Part shown: piece after piece, positions 37,344 to 46,895 of the stretch | Position numbering within the stretch: the stretch's first letter is position 1 | Layout: every line of letters begins with the position of its first letter | From: Candidatus Parcubacteria bacterium | GTDB lineage: Bacteria > Patescibacteriota > Minisyncoccia > Phycocordibacterales > Zambryskibacteraceae | NCBI GenBank assembly: GCA_019661865.1 | Contig: JAIFWJ010000001.1 | Location: 110,809 to 174,808, forward strand | DNA length: 64,000 bases | Direction of reading: 5' to 3' | Made by a program: the position numbers and the translations under genes | Notes under the pieces: generated by a model | What the model saw: only the letters and a program-made list of their open reading frames with translations | Databases searched by the model: none | Told to the model about the DNA's origin: nothing

Positions 37344-37886
37344 TTACAGAAACTTGAAGGAGTCGCTCATCTGACTGTCTGAGTCACCAAACGTAGTACC
37401 TTCGCCAAGGTCCCACTCTGCAAGTCTATGTGTAGTAGGAGAATATTTCAAAACTGTACCAGAGCCTACTTCACAAGCTGGACTAGATGCAATCTCCACA
37501 TCGAAGGTGCCCTCCTGAGCTCCGGGCTTCAAGCTGTCGAAACTACAATCCTTGCCAAACTGAGTTTTTATAAATGCGTCTATGCCACCGGTATATACAT
37601 TATCTACTTCTTGAATATTCCAAGATTTGGAAGGGTTATTAGCTGGAGTGATGGTTAAGACGTTCCAGTTTTTACTGACAGTGGCATCCTTTGGAACTTG
37701 AATGCTGAAACCAAGCATGTCGTTACTGTAGGTAGTCCAGTCAAGAGAGTTGAGGACATTCGCAGAATTGGATTTAGAGGTTGGACGAACTCTAGTCATG
37801 TAAAAAGCTCCACCGAGTATCACCACCAGAGCCGCTACCCCGGCTAGGAATTTATAATCTCTAAGATAGTTTAAATATTTTTGCAT
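37344..37886 (-). CDS. hypothetical secreted or membrane-anchored protein
   Basis: N-terminal TM or signal anchor, then a 150-aa S/T/N-rich domain. Confidence 0.45.
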   Translation of the reverse strand: MQKYLNYLRDYKFLAGVAALVVILGGAFYMTRVRPTSKSNSANVLNSLDWTTYSNDMLGFSIQVPKDATVSKNWNVLTITPANNPSKSWNIQEVDNVYTGGIDAFIKTQFGKDCSFDSLKPGAQEGTFDVEIASSPACEVGSGTVLKYSPTTHRLAEWDLGEGTTFGDSDSQMSDSFKFL

Positions 37887-37901
37887 TATTTTAATATTGC
37901 T

Positions 37902-38963
37902 TTATACCGTGTGGTACTTACTCTCTTTGTCCTTCTTGAAGAACTTGGTGTTCTGAAGATTCACCATTATGGTGTTCTCCTTCACATAGCGCTCCTTCAA
38001 GACTTTCTTCACAATCTCCTCACGGGTCAAAGGTCCTTCCTTTTCAATTATTTTCCTAATAACATCCTTCACCACACCGGACATGTAACCCCACTCAGCA
38101 AGTGCATAAAGACCACGACCCACCAGGACGAAGCGTGGATCCTTAATGAGCTCATTATGAGTAGTAGCTACATGAGCCTTCTTGTTGAAATACTGTGAGA
38201 TAGCCTTGGCCACTTCCTTGAAGTGTATAGGCGAGCCGTGCTTACGGATAACGAGGAAGGCATAGTCACGCATGCCCTTGGCATTTACATTCGGAGAATC
38301 AGTCTTACCCCATTCACCGAGAGGGTTCTTACCAATTTTCTGAGAGATTGAGAGCCAGCGGCGAATCACTTCCTCATTCTTGTATTTCTCATTAATATCC
38401 TTAACTTCCTCTAGGAAAGTGTTTATAAGATCACCTTCAACTACGAGCTCATCATCAGAAAGTCTACTATAGAGCTTCCTTAATGCATTCTGGATCTTTT
38501 TAGCCAACTCTGGATCAGCGTGCCAACGATGAGTAAACTCGTCGTCTTCCCTCTCACGTATAAATTCCTCACCGACTACAAGTAAGAAGTTAACCTGGTT
38601 CTGTGTAGCTTGATCTTTAGCAAGGTGCTTCAAGAGATCTTTCTCAGAGACGATGCCTCCAAGACTTACGACAACGGCTTTAAGTTCATCAAATGCACTC
38701 TGAACATCCTTATACTCTTTAGATTTTCTGACGAGAGCCAGAGAGTGGTTCTCAATCTGACGTACACGCTCACGAGTGATGTCATACTTCTTACCTATAG
38801 CATCGAGGGTCATGCGTGTACCCTTGGCACCGAGGCCGTAGCGGTTCTCGATGACGTCTTGACCGCGTTTTGTGAGGACAGAAAGGAGGCGTTTAACTAT
38901 TGTCTTAGGCTTGAAACTTAATTGGATTTTCTCTGCCATAACTTTACCCAGTCTTTTTATCAT
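37902..38963 (-). CDS. sigma-70 region-4 HTH plus HARE-HTH domain protein
   Basis: N-terminal DVIENRYGL…TLDAIGKKYDITRERVRQIENHSLALVRK (sigma region 4.2-like). C-terminal …FVLVGRGLYALAEWGY (HARE-HTH-like). Confidence 0.55.
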   Translation of the reverse strand: MIKRLGKVMAEKIQLSFKPKTIVKRLLSVLTKRGQDVIENRYGLGAKGTRMTLDAIGKKYDITRERVRQIENHSLALVRKSKEYKDVQSAFDELKAVVVSLGGIVSEKDLLKHLAKDQATQNQVNFLLVVGEEFIREREDDEFTHRWHADPELAKKIQNALRKLYSRLSDDELVVEGDLINTFLEEVKDINEKYKNEEVIRRWLSISQKIGKNPLGEWGKTDSPNVNAKGMRDYAFLVIRKHGSPIHFKEVAKAISQYFNKKAHVATTHNELIKDPRFVLVGRGLYALAEWGYMSGVVKDVIRKIIEKEGPLTREEIVKKVLKERYVKENTIMVNLQNTKFFKKDKESKYHTV

Positions 38964-39011
38964 CTGCCAGAGCTAGTGTCAAGCATATGATCATTTTCTT
39001 TTATTATCTTA

Positions 39012-41831
39012 TTATAACACAATATTGACAAGCCTGCCAGGGACTACCACTATGCGCTGTGGAGTGGCTCCGTTAAGCCATTTTTTCACTTCTGGGATAT
39101 CTAATGCAAGGGTCTTGACCTGACTTTCGTCTGTGCTCTTATCCAGAACGATAGTTGCTCGAGTTTTACCATTTACTTGCACAACGATGGTTACATCCTT
39201 CCCCTCGAGCTTCTTTTCATCGAATTCTGGCCAACTCTCAGTATGAATTGAATTTTTCTCCCCGATGCTCGACCAGAGTTCCTCTGTCACATGTGGTGCA
39301 AAGGTCGCTAACAACTTAAGAATAACCTTATACTCCATGGAGGATATAAAACTTTGTTTCTCTACACTATTAACATGAATCATAAGCGTAGAAATTGCCG
39401 TATTGAAGTTCATGGTCTCAATGTCATCCGAGACTTTTTTAATCGTTTGGTTTAGATGAATAATACTCTCCTCCGAGATCCGAACCTTGTCCGTCGAAAC
39501 CTTATCCTTCAATTTCCAAACTCTCTCAATAAACCTATATGGTCCCACAAGTGCATCCTCACTCCAGGCTATAGCTTGATCGAAGGGTCCCATAAACATT
39601 TCATACAGGCGCAATGTATCTGCACCGAAGCGCTTCACTATAGTGTCCGGATTTATGACATTCCCTTTGGACTTACTCATCTTCTCTCCCCCTTCGGCGA
39701 GTATTAGCCCATGAGACGTGCGCTTCTTGTACGGCTCATCTGTGGGTACGAGCTTAAGATCATATAAAAACTTATTCCAGAATCTGGAGTAGAGGAGATG
39801 GAGAGTAGTATGTTCCATGCCACCGTTGTACCAGTCCACAGGCATCCAATACTTGAGAGCCTTTTTCGATGCGAACTCCTTATCATTCTCTGGATCTGCA
39901 TATCTTAAGAAGTACCAAGAAGAGCCCGCCCAGTTCGGCATAACATCTGTCTCTCGCTTGGCGGGACTCTCACACTTGGGACACTTCACATTTACCCAAG
40001 TTTCTACATTAGCAAGTGGTGACTCGCCATCTGGACCTGGTTCGTACTTCTCCACTACTGGAAGCTCCACTGGTAAGTCGCTCTCTGGTACTGGTACAAC
40101 ACCACACTTCTCACAGAGGATGACGGGTATGGGCTCGCCCCAATATCTCTGGCGTGAGAAGACCCAATCGCGGAGTTTAAACTTAGTGACGAGTGTGCCA
40201 CCTGCGAATTTAATAATGTCTTTATAAACTTCTTTAGAAGTTTTACCATCGAACTTTCCAGAATTAGTAAGTATGCCAGTACCAGTGTATGGTTTATTCC
40301 GGATAAATTTCTGAAACAAAAGCGCATGATTCTCATCCACCACCTTCTGTTCTGCTTCATCTTTCGATAACCAGTGAACAGTAAAAAGATTCTTCTCATT
40401 CTCCTCCAACTTCTGATCATCCTTCTCTTCGTCTATAAGCTTAAAGTGGACTCCTGTGACTTCAATATTACGAGCAACATTTTTAGAAAAAGCGAAGTAA
40501 TGATGGTGACTCTTACCAGCAACCTGAACCACTTTCAAATTTTTATATCCTGTCTCTTCTTTAATCTCGCGAATTGCAGCTTCGACTGGATCTTCATCAC
40601 CTTCTAATCCTCCACCGATAAACAGAATTCCTCCATACTTCGGAGTCCAATCAAGTGCAAGAATCTTTCCGGTTTTCGGATTCTCGACTATTGCCACAAT
40701 GCTGTTTCTTAACTGCTCATCAGGTAGCACTTCTCCAGTAACAGGCTCAATAACCTCTCGTATAGGCAGTTTAAATTTAGTGGCAAATTCAAAATCACGC
40801 TCATCGTGTGCAGGTACGGCCATGATGGCACCTGTTCCGTAATTCGGCAGTACATAATCTGCAATCCATACAGGAATCTTTTCCTTAGTGGCAGGATTTA
40901 TGGCTTCGAAACCTTGGATCTCTACACCAGTCTTCTCCTTACCTTCTGACACGCGGTCAATCTCGGCCTTGTTCTTGGTTTTACTTATATAATCTTCAAC
41001 CTCACCATAATTCTTTATGGCAAGGTTACTAAGGATGAGTGGGTGTTCTGGTGCCAGTACAAGGTATGTGGCGCCGAAGATAGTATCTGGTCTGGTGGTG
41101 AAAATTTTCACCGACTTCCCGGTAGTGAGGTCAAATTCAATTTCCGCACCTTCGCTTCTCCCAATCCAGTTCTTCTGGCTTAACTTAATGCGTTCAGAAT
41201 AATCCAATCCTTCGAGATCTTTCTCCAGTCTGTCGGCATACTTAGTTATGGCAAGCATCCATTGCTCCTTCTCGCGCTTCTCCACAGTAGTACCGCAGCG
41301 CTCACACTTACCGTTTATCACTTCTTCGTTAGCAAGACCAATCTTGTCTTTCGGGCACCAATTTATAAATTGTTTATCCTTATATGCTAGACCTTTTTCT
41401 AGAAATTTAAGAAATATCCACTGAGTCCACTTGTAGTACTTCGGATCTGTAGTATTAATCTCCCGCGACCAGTCGAAGGAAAGTCCGAGGGACTTGAACT
41501 GCTCACGGAAGTTATCGGTATTCTCCTTAGTTACTACTCTCGGATCCTTACCAGTCTTAAGAGCGTAGTTTTCTGTTGGGAGTCCGAAGGCGTCCCAGCC
41601 TATAGGAAACATTACATTGAAACCCTGCATCCTACGTTTCCTAGAGATAATATCCATGGCCGTGTAGCCGCGCACATGCCCAGTATGAAGACCATCACCG
41701 GATGGATACGGGAATTCCATAAGTGAGTAGTACTTTTCTCTCTTATCTCCTGTTTTGGATTCGTAGAGTTTTTCTTCCTCCCACTTTTTCTGCCATCTGG
41801 ACTCTATTTCTTGATAGTTATACTCCGACAT
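39012..41831 (-). CDS. leuS: leucyl-tRNA synthetase with inserted Nudix-like domain
   Basis: HTGHVRGY (HIGH), KMSKSKGN, and CP1 editing region (TTRPDTIFGATY…GTGAIMAVPAHDERDFEFA). Residues ~377-505 (nt 40317..40703) contain a canonical Nudix box GGGLEGDEDPVEAAIREIKEETGY. Confidence 0.9.
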   Translation of the reverse strand: MSEYNYQEIESRWQKKWEEEKLYESKTGDKREKYYSLMEFPYPSGDGLHTGHVRGYTAMDIISRKRRMQGFNVMFPIGWDAFGLPTENYALKTGKDPRVVTKENTDNFREQFKSLGLSFDWSREINTTDPKYYKWTQWIFLKFLEKGLAYKDKQFINWCPKDKIGLANEEVINGKCERCGTTVEKREKEQWMLAITKYADRLEKDLEGLDYSERIKLSQKNWIGRSEGAEIEFDLTTGKSVKIFTTRPDTIFGATYLVLAPEHPLILSNLAIKNYGEVEDYISKTKNKAEIDRVSEGKEKTGVEIQGFEAINPATKEKIPVWIADYVLPNYGTGAIMAVPAHDERDFEFATKFKLPIREVIEPVTGEVLPDEQLRNSIVAIVENPKTGKILALDWTPKYGGILFIGGGLEGDEDPVEAAIREIKEETGYKNLKVVQVAGKSHHHYFAFSKNVARNIEVTGVHFKLIDEEKDDQKLEENEKNLFTVHWLSKDEAEQKVVDENHALLFQKFIRNKPYTGTGILTNSGKFDGKTSKEVYKDIIKFAGGTLVTKFKLRDWVFSRQRYWGEPIPVILCEKCGVVPVPESDLPVELPVVEKYEPGPDGESPLANVETWVNVKCPKCESPAKRETDVMPNWAGSSWYFLRYADPENDKEFASKKALKYWMPVDWYNGGMEHTTLHLLYSRFWNKFLYDLKLVPTDEPYKKRTSHGLILAEGGEKMSKSKGNVINPDTIVKRFGADTLRLYEMFMGPFDQAIAWSEDALVGPYRFIERVWKLKDKVSTDKVRISEESIIHLNQTIKKVSDDIETMNFNTAISTLMIHVNSVEKQSFISSMEYKVILKLLATFAPHVTEELWSSIGEKNSIHTESWPEFDEKKLEGKDVTIVVQVNGKTRATIVLDKSTDESQVKTLALDIPEVKKWLNGATPQRIVVVPGRLVNIVL

Positions 41832-42363
41832 TTCTAAACTTTTTCATTGCTACCCAGAAGAGGAGCGCCAGGGCAATGAGAAGAATCACGACGCGGATGA
41901 GATCGTTGGCCGCACTCCAGTAACGCAAAGATGCAATGACAAAGGAGAGCACTCCGGCAAGAGCTAAACCTTGTGATATGACATCATTACCCTTGAAGAA
42001 GTTACCAGCAAACACTATCAGTGCACCGAGAAGTACGAGAATGACGAAGACGTTTCTATTATATGAATTGTTAGAGGTTTCGAACTGTTGTCTGCACGTG
42101 AACTGCAGATCACAGTATCCGGCTGGCTCTGTGAATCCAGCTGGAGTGGGCTTCGTATAGTATGCGTTTTCTGTCCACTGGCCACCCTTGGTAGTACATT
42201 CATTCTGAGTCTTGGGCTGCGTCACTATTTGCTCCGCTGGACAGAAGTTGTTGTACTCGGGTGACTTATAGACAAGTGAGAGTGCGTAATTAAAGAAAAG
42301 ATTAGTAACGATGATAATGCCTAATATAACTGACCACTTGAGGATTCTGGGTTGTGTATTCAT
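41818..42363 (-). CDS. hypothetical membrane protein with Cys-containing extracytoplasmic loop
   Basis: Three TM helices. Loop carries 4 Cys. Confidence 0.45.
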   Translation of the reverse strand: MNTQPRILKWSVILGIIIVTNLFFNYALSLVYKSPEYNNFCPAEQIVTQPKTQNECTTKGGQWTENAYYTKPTPAGFTEPAGYCDLQFTCRQQFETSNNSYNRNVFVILVLLGALIVFAGNFFKGNDVISQGLALAGVLSFVIASLRYWSAANDLIRVVILLIALALLFWVAMKKFRNVGV

Positions 42364-42425
42364 ACATCTAGCTTATAGCCTGGGAGATAAAAAGCAAAGA
42401 GCTTTAACAAAAAGACTAGCTTACG

Positions 42426-42731
42426 CTAGTCTCGAGACTTGAGCTCACGAAACCTCTCCAGAGCTTCCGAAATGACTATTCTCCTTGGCGTTCTGGGCCA
42501 ACGACCAGCCCGTTTCAAAACTAGAAGAAGTAGCTCCAGATCATGACTGACACACGTGCATGAGTTGGGAAGAGGTTCTCTTCCGTCGCCGCGTCCGATC
42601 CACGGACATTCTGCAGATGCCTCTCCATGCTTCATCAGAAGCTTATATAACCTATCGAATGCGGCCTTGATTTCTTTGGGCTTCTTTGCACGCTGAAGAA
42701 TGAAGTCAGGATGATGTCTGTTCCGAGTCAT
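42426..42731 (-). CDS. hypothetical small protein
   Basis: 101-aa ORF, divergent from the plus-strand small gene at 42867. Confidence 0.35.
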   Translation of the reverse strand: MTRNRHHPDFILQRAKKPKEIKAAFDRLYKLLMKHGEASAECPWIGRGDGREPLPNSCTCVSHDLELLLLVLKRAGRWPRTPRRIVISEALERFRELKSRD

Positions 42732-42866
42732 TTATCCCCCATGATGTTCTTCGGACACTATACGCAGTTATATCTTAAACTCTATGACACTACTATCTTC
42801 ACATTACCAAATATTTATGGTAACGTGAAGCTAGTTTTGAACCACTAACAACAGAGGAGATTTACC

Positions 42867-43139
42867 ATGAATGCTCCGGGAGCAATTACGAAATTGATTC
42901 CGTACGCCTATGGTTGGTCACAACCACGATTTGCATTCATCAAGCAGGGTTCAGTTTTCTACGAAACCTGCGCGTCTAGTAATGCGGGCGGAAGCTCACA
43001 CACTATCTCTTTCCCCGTTAATATCGACGGAAAAACCTTGTCTGTTGTGGACCAATGGGAGAACTTGGCAGATGATGCAGTACAAGCTGTGAAGAATAAA
43101 ACAATTCGTTATAGCGAGTTCACCAGCAGCCACTGGTAA
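42867..43139 (+). CDS. hypothetical small protein
   Basis: 90 aa. AGGAG SD 8 nt upstream. Followed by the hairpin terminator at 43157. Confidence 0.45.
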   Translation: MNAPGAITKLIPYAYGWSQPRFAFIKQGSVFYETCASSNAGGSSHTISFPVNIDGKTLSVVDQWENLADDAVQAVKNKTIRYSEFTSSHW

Positions 43140-43156
43140 CACTTCAAACCATTAGA

Positions 43157-43180
43157 TAGACCTCATCTGAGGTCTATTTT
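43157..43180 (+). terminator. rho-independent terminator (TAGACCTCA-TC-TGAGGTCTA + TTTT)
   Basis: Perfect 9-bp stem followed by a T-run. Convergent with the ychF 3' end. Confidence 0.6.
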
Positions 43181-43185
43181 CATGT

Positions 43186-44007
43186 TTAAATTAAGAACTC
43201 AATGACGTCACCATCTTTCACAATGTATTCCTTACCCTCGGTGCGTACCCAGCCCTTGGCACGTGCAGCGGCGTAGGATCCGGCTTCCATGAGCTTGTCG
43301 TAGGATATAACTTCAGCACGGATAAACTTATCTTGAAAGTCAGTGTGGATGGACTTGCCTGCCTCTGGTGCAGTGGCGTTTCTCTTAGTAGTCCAGGCGC
43401 GGCTCTCCTTCTCTCCAGTAGTGAAGAATGTAATGAGATCGAGAAGCTCGTACGATTTCTTAATAAGATTCTCTAAACCAGTTCCGAAGATCGGATCAAC
43501 TTCCACATATGGCCCTGGGAGTTTAGGAATTACCTCTCTTACATTTTTCTCACTTGCTTCTGAAGTATTAAGTACATACAGAGTAGGTTTATTGATACCG
43601 CCTAATTCAAGTTCAAGATTTATAACTTCAATATCAAATAATGGATCAACCTTCCCCGCTACATGGATGATGGCATCATCCTCGAAGATTCTTACTACTT
43701 CTGCCACGGCATCCACCTCGCGTATATGTGAAAGAAATTTATTACCTAGCCCCTCGCCTTGACTCGCTCCCTTCACAAGTCCTGCAATGTCCACGAACTC
43801 CACCACAGCGGGTATCTGCTTTTTCGACTTACTCATCTCGGCCAAATTATCCAGACGCGTATCTGGCACAGGTACGATGCCTACTGATGGGTCTATGGTG
43901 CAGAAAGGGTAGTTCTCTGCCGGTACAGACTTCTTGGTAAGTGCATTAAAAAGTGTGGACTTCCCCACATTCGGCAGACCCACAATTCCTACAGAAAGCT
44001 TCGACAT
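43186..44007 (-). CDS. ychF: ribosome-binding ATPase YchF (Obg-like GTPase family), short form
   Basis: [24 protein letters not shown] (G1), then G4/G5 motifs. C-terminal TGS-like …[14 protein letters not shown]. The start at internal MSKL avoids overlap with the divergent gene at 44069. Confidence 0.8.
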   Translation of the reverse strand: MSKLSVGIVGLPNVGKSTLFNALTKKSVPAENYPFCTIDPSVGIVPVPDTRLDNLAEMSKSKKQIPAVVEFVDIAGLVKGASQGEGLGNKFLSHIREVDAVAEVVRIFEDDAIIHVAGKVDPLFDIEVINLELELGGINKPTLYVLNTSEASEKNVREVIPKLPGPYVEVDPIFGTGLENLIKKSYELLDLITFFTTGEKESRAWTTKRNATAPEAGKSIHTDFQDKFIRAEVISYDKLMEAGSYAAARAKGWVRTEGKEYIVKDGDVIEFLI

Positions 44008-44068
44008 TGACAGTATGTAATTAAGCTCGTATTGTAACTGAAGACACCAAACCTCACAAGGAGACCCC

Positions 44069-44476
44069 ATGTGTTCTCGAGACCTCATGAGTCATGCGGA
44101 GATTATGGCTGAACGCGTTAGTGACATCAGGCGCTTCACTCTAGAGACTCGCCCTGCTTACAAGGGAGTCCAGGTTCGCATCGACACTCATCACGGGAGA
44201 AGATACTTTCGTAAAAGAACTTTTCAGACCCTTGCTGGTCCGATAGATACTACTGAGATTACCTTGCCCAGGGGTGCTAAAGTTGCCTTCACTGAACTCC
44301 CTGACAATGTGCGTCGACAGTTCCGCCTTCGGGCTCGAGAACCTGTAGCCAAGGTGATCAAACGTGGACTGGAGACTGGATTTCTCTTCGGAGCTGCGGG
44401 CATGGGATACTTCTTTCCTCTTCGCCAAGATGTGCAGATAGCTTTTGAAGTCAGAACTTTGCCTCGCGGATATTAA
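44069..44476 (+). CDS. hypothetical protein
   Basis: 135 aa. AGGAG SD 7 nt upstream. Stop codon lies in the loop of the terminator hairpin. Confidence 0.45.
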   Translation: MCSRDLMSHAEIMAERVSDIRRFTLETRPAYKGVQVRIDTHHGRRYFRKRTFQTLAGPIDTTEITLPRGAKVAFTELPDNVRRQFRLRAREPVAKVIKRGLETGFLFGAAGMGYFFPLRQDVQIAFEVRTLPRGY

Positions 44477-44491
44477 TCCGCGTTTTTATTT
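44465..44491 (+). terminator. rho-independent terminator (CGCGGAT-ATTA-ATCCGCG + TTTTTATTT)
   Basis: 7-bp stem followed by a T-run. Confidence 0.6.
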
Positions 44492-44546
44492 GACAATAAT
44501 TCCATCCGGGCTAAGGTTATGTATGGAAGCTCATTCAGGAGGTAAT

Positions 44547-44930
44547 ATGCCAAGGTACAGAGGTCTGTCCATATCAAGCAAACTCACCATTCTGGTAGTT
44601 ATCGGAGTCGTTCTGGTGACGGCCTTCTCAAGACGGGTCCGGCATGAGATAGAGGCCACAGCTGTACCGCAGATGAAGGATCTCCTCGCGCAGATGGTTC
44701 CGCTCGAACAAGATTATGCCCAACAGTACGGAGCATTTACCAAGAACCTTAGGTTCCTTGGTAAGCTTGACTCTATCTCTCGTGCACAAGGCATCACTCT
44801 TGTAGTCGACTCCCTCAACTTCGACGGATGGCGAGGTTACGCGACCAGCACAAACATTAATCTAAGATGTCGCGTGGAGGTAGGTAGTTACGCCGTGAAT
44901 GGTACTCCCACCATACCAGTTTGTTTCTAG
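44547..44930 (+). CDS. hypothetical membrane-anchored small protein
   Basis: Starts at MPRYRGLS… after an AGGAGG SD. One N-terminal TM (LTILVVIGVVLVTAF). Followed by a hairpin (ACCGC…GCGGT) and T-run at ~44938..44965. Confidence 0.5.
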   Translation: MPRYRGLSISSKLTILVVIGVVLVTAFSRRVRHEIEATAVPQMKDLLAQMVPLEQDYAQQYGAFTKNLRFLGKLDSISRAQGITLVVDSLNFDGWRGYATSTNINLRCRVEVGSYAVNGTPTIPVCF

Positions 44931-44965
44931 GTTTTATAACCGCCAGTAACATGTGCGGTTTTTAT

Positions 44966-45667
44966 TTATCCTTTCATGCCTACTGTACCGGGGGGTATAT
45001 CTTTCGAAGTGCCTTTAGAAACTTCTGGCATGGGATGTGACTTTAAGAGCCTAGCAAAATAATTTAAGTTATAACTCATGACTTCAGCCATGTTCTTAAT
45101 AGGCTTGGACTTTTCTAACTGCTCCATAAGTTCTTCCTTATTCTTCGGATAATTACCAAGATAAGAAAGAGAGGGTGCAGGCGGAACAGTCAGCCCATTC
45201 CATGAAAAGAAGCCTGCGATCTGTCCGATAATATGCTCTGCACCATCTTCAGCTCCACTTATGACCATACCTCCAATTTTATTGGCTAACTCTGACTTGC
45301 CTGTCTCTAGAAGCTCATCATTGAGAGCATCCATACGTTCTATCACTCTCTGGATCAAGGAAGAGTATGTCCCCCACCATATAGGAGTAGCGAAGATTAA
45401 AATATCAGCAGCCAAAACTTTCTTTAAAACTTCTGGCCATTCGTCGCCCTCTCCCTCGTCGCTCTCGACCCCAGGTTTTAAATTATATTCAACTAGATCG
45501 ACGATTTCACATTTACAGTCATGTGTTTCAAAATGCTTCTCCAGAAACTCACACATTGTACGAGTATGAGAAAACTGATTACTTCTTTTAAGTGTTCCGC
45601 ACAGCATTATGACCTTGATCTCACCTTCGGCGATCATGAAGCTTAAGACGAGGTTCACTACCTCCAC
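44966..45667 (-). CDS. NADPH-dependent FMN reductase-like flavoprotein
   Basis: Flavodoxin-like fold motifs (…IVDLVEYNL…, ILIFATPIWWGTYSSLIQ). Confidence 0.6.
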   Translation of the reverse strand: MEVVNLVLSFMIAEGEIKVIMLCGTLKRSNQFSHTRTMCEFLEKHFETHDCKCEIVDLVEYNLKPGVESDEGEGDEWPEVLKKVLAADILIFATPIWWGTYSSLIQRVIERMDALNDELLETGKSELANKIGGMVISGAEDGAEHIIGQIAGFFSWNGLTVPPAPSLSYLGNYPKNKEELMEQLEKSKPIKNMAEVMSYNLNYFARLLKSHPMPEVSKGTSKDIPPGTVGMKG

Positions 45668-45673
45668 TTACTC

Positions 45674-46273
45674 TTAGACTGCTCTTCGTCCGTAGTTGTA
45701 GACAATACGTTTGATCCGATTTCTCCACCACATACCCAAGCTTAGCCACCCACTGTGCTTGAAGTATCCAAACTGCTTTTTACTAACCTTAAAACCAGCG
45801 AAGCCCAATATACCCTTGCGCAATTCGTTGGTCGTGTCTCCGAAGATGATTCTCTGAGCTAGAGGGATGGAGTCGGAGGTAATGATGATCCGAGCTGTCT
45901 TACCTTTCAGTAGCTTCTCCCATGTGAAGTCGCCAGTGAAGTGGAATGCGAAGCGCGGCATCCAAGAGCGATCGAAGAGACCCTTGAGTAAGGCAGGCAT
46001 AGTAGACCACCAGGAAGGATAGATAATAACGAAATGATCAGCCCATTTAATATTTTCCTGGAAAGCAAGTATGTCAGGCTCGTACTCTTGTATGACTTTG
46101 TAGCCCTTATGGAGTATGGGATCGAACTTCATATCACCTATATTCATCCTTCGCACCTCGTGACCTGCCTCAGTTGCCCCTCTTTCATACTCTCCTGCCA
46201 AGGTATTATTAAATGAATCAGTGTCTGGATGGCCTAGAAGGATAAAAACTTTTTTCTTCTTTGTACCGAACAT
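45674..46273 (-). CDS. NAD(P)H dehydrogenase (quinone)-like flavodoxin-fold protein (Flavodoxin_2/MdaB-like)
   Basis: KVFILLGHPDTDSFNNTLAGEY N-terminus typical of the NAD(P)H:quinone oxidoreductase family. Confidence 0.6.
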   Translation of the reverse strand: MFGTKKKKVFILLGHPDTDSFNNTLAGEYERGATEAGHEVRRMNIGDMKFDPILHKGYKVIQEYEPDILAFQENIKWADHFVIIYPSWWSTMPALLKGLFDRSWMPRFAFHFTGDFTWEKLLKGKTARIIITSDSIPLAQRIIFGDTTNELRKGILGFAGFKVSKKQFGYFKHSGWLSLGMWWRNRIKRIVYNYGRRAV

Positions 46274-46303
46274 ATACTTATATACTACAACAGGCGGCTG
46301 AAT

Positions 46304-46534
46304 TTATTGCATCAACCTTTGGAACTCACTCTGGTGAGAACGCATCACCTCCATAGCAGCTTCCATTTCCCCCTTGCCTTGCTTCTTCTTGGCCTCGATC
46401 TCCTCCCCAATTTTTTTAAAGAAGTCTGGATTCTTCTCCATCATCTCCATGATCATCTTCTGCTGTGCGGGAGGCATGCCCTTGAGCTTACTCTTGAGCA
46501 TCTGCTTCATGAAGAAATTTTGTATCTTTCCCAT
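46304..46534 (-). CDS. hypothetical small K/E/M-rich protein
   Basis: 76-aa ORF. No motif recognised. Confidence 0.35.
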   Translation of the reverse strand: MGKIQNFFMKQMLKSKLKGMPPAQQKMIMEMMEKNPDFFKKIGEEIEAKKKQGKGEMEAAMEVMRSHQSEFQRLMQ

Positions 46535-46602
46535 ACGAAAAGTATTAGTAGAAGTACTATTATAAGCTGGCTATTGAATTTTTCAAACGCTTAGGCTTGA
46601 GC

Positions 46603-46755
46603 CTTAGGGAGAATTTTGTACATTCCTGTACCGCAGACAGTGCAGATACCCTTAGCAGCTGGACGTCCAGGCTTGATCTCAACCTTCTGAACATCCTTCA
46701 TTTCACGCTTAGTCTTGCACTTAACACAGTAACCTATGATTTTGTTGTCATCCAT
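46603..46755 (-). CDS. small zinc-ribbon protein (CxxC…CxxC)
   Basis: Not in the ORF track (50 aa). Reverse-complement translation gives MDDNKIIGYCVKCKTKREMKDVQKVEIKPGRPAAKGICTVCGTGMVQNSP. The plus ORF 46597..46833 is its antisense. Confidence 0.5.
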
Positions 46756-46895
46756 AATGTTTATATTTTAACCCTTGAAGTATACACAAATAATGGTCTT
46801 GTGGGAATCCACACCATATCCCCTGTGGATTAGTCAAATTTTATCAATTTTTCACTCCTGTGATACTCTAGTCTCAGACCCTTTCCTGGAGCCGT

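Noticed and set aside
46597-46833. Plus-strand 78-aa ORF
   Set aside because: Low-complexity translation. The opposite strand encodes a plausible zinc-ribbon protein with paired CxxC motifs.
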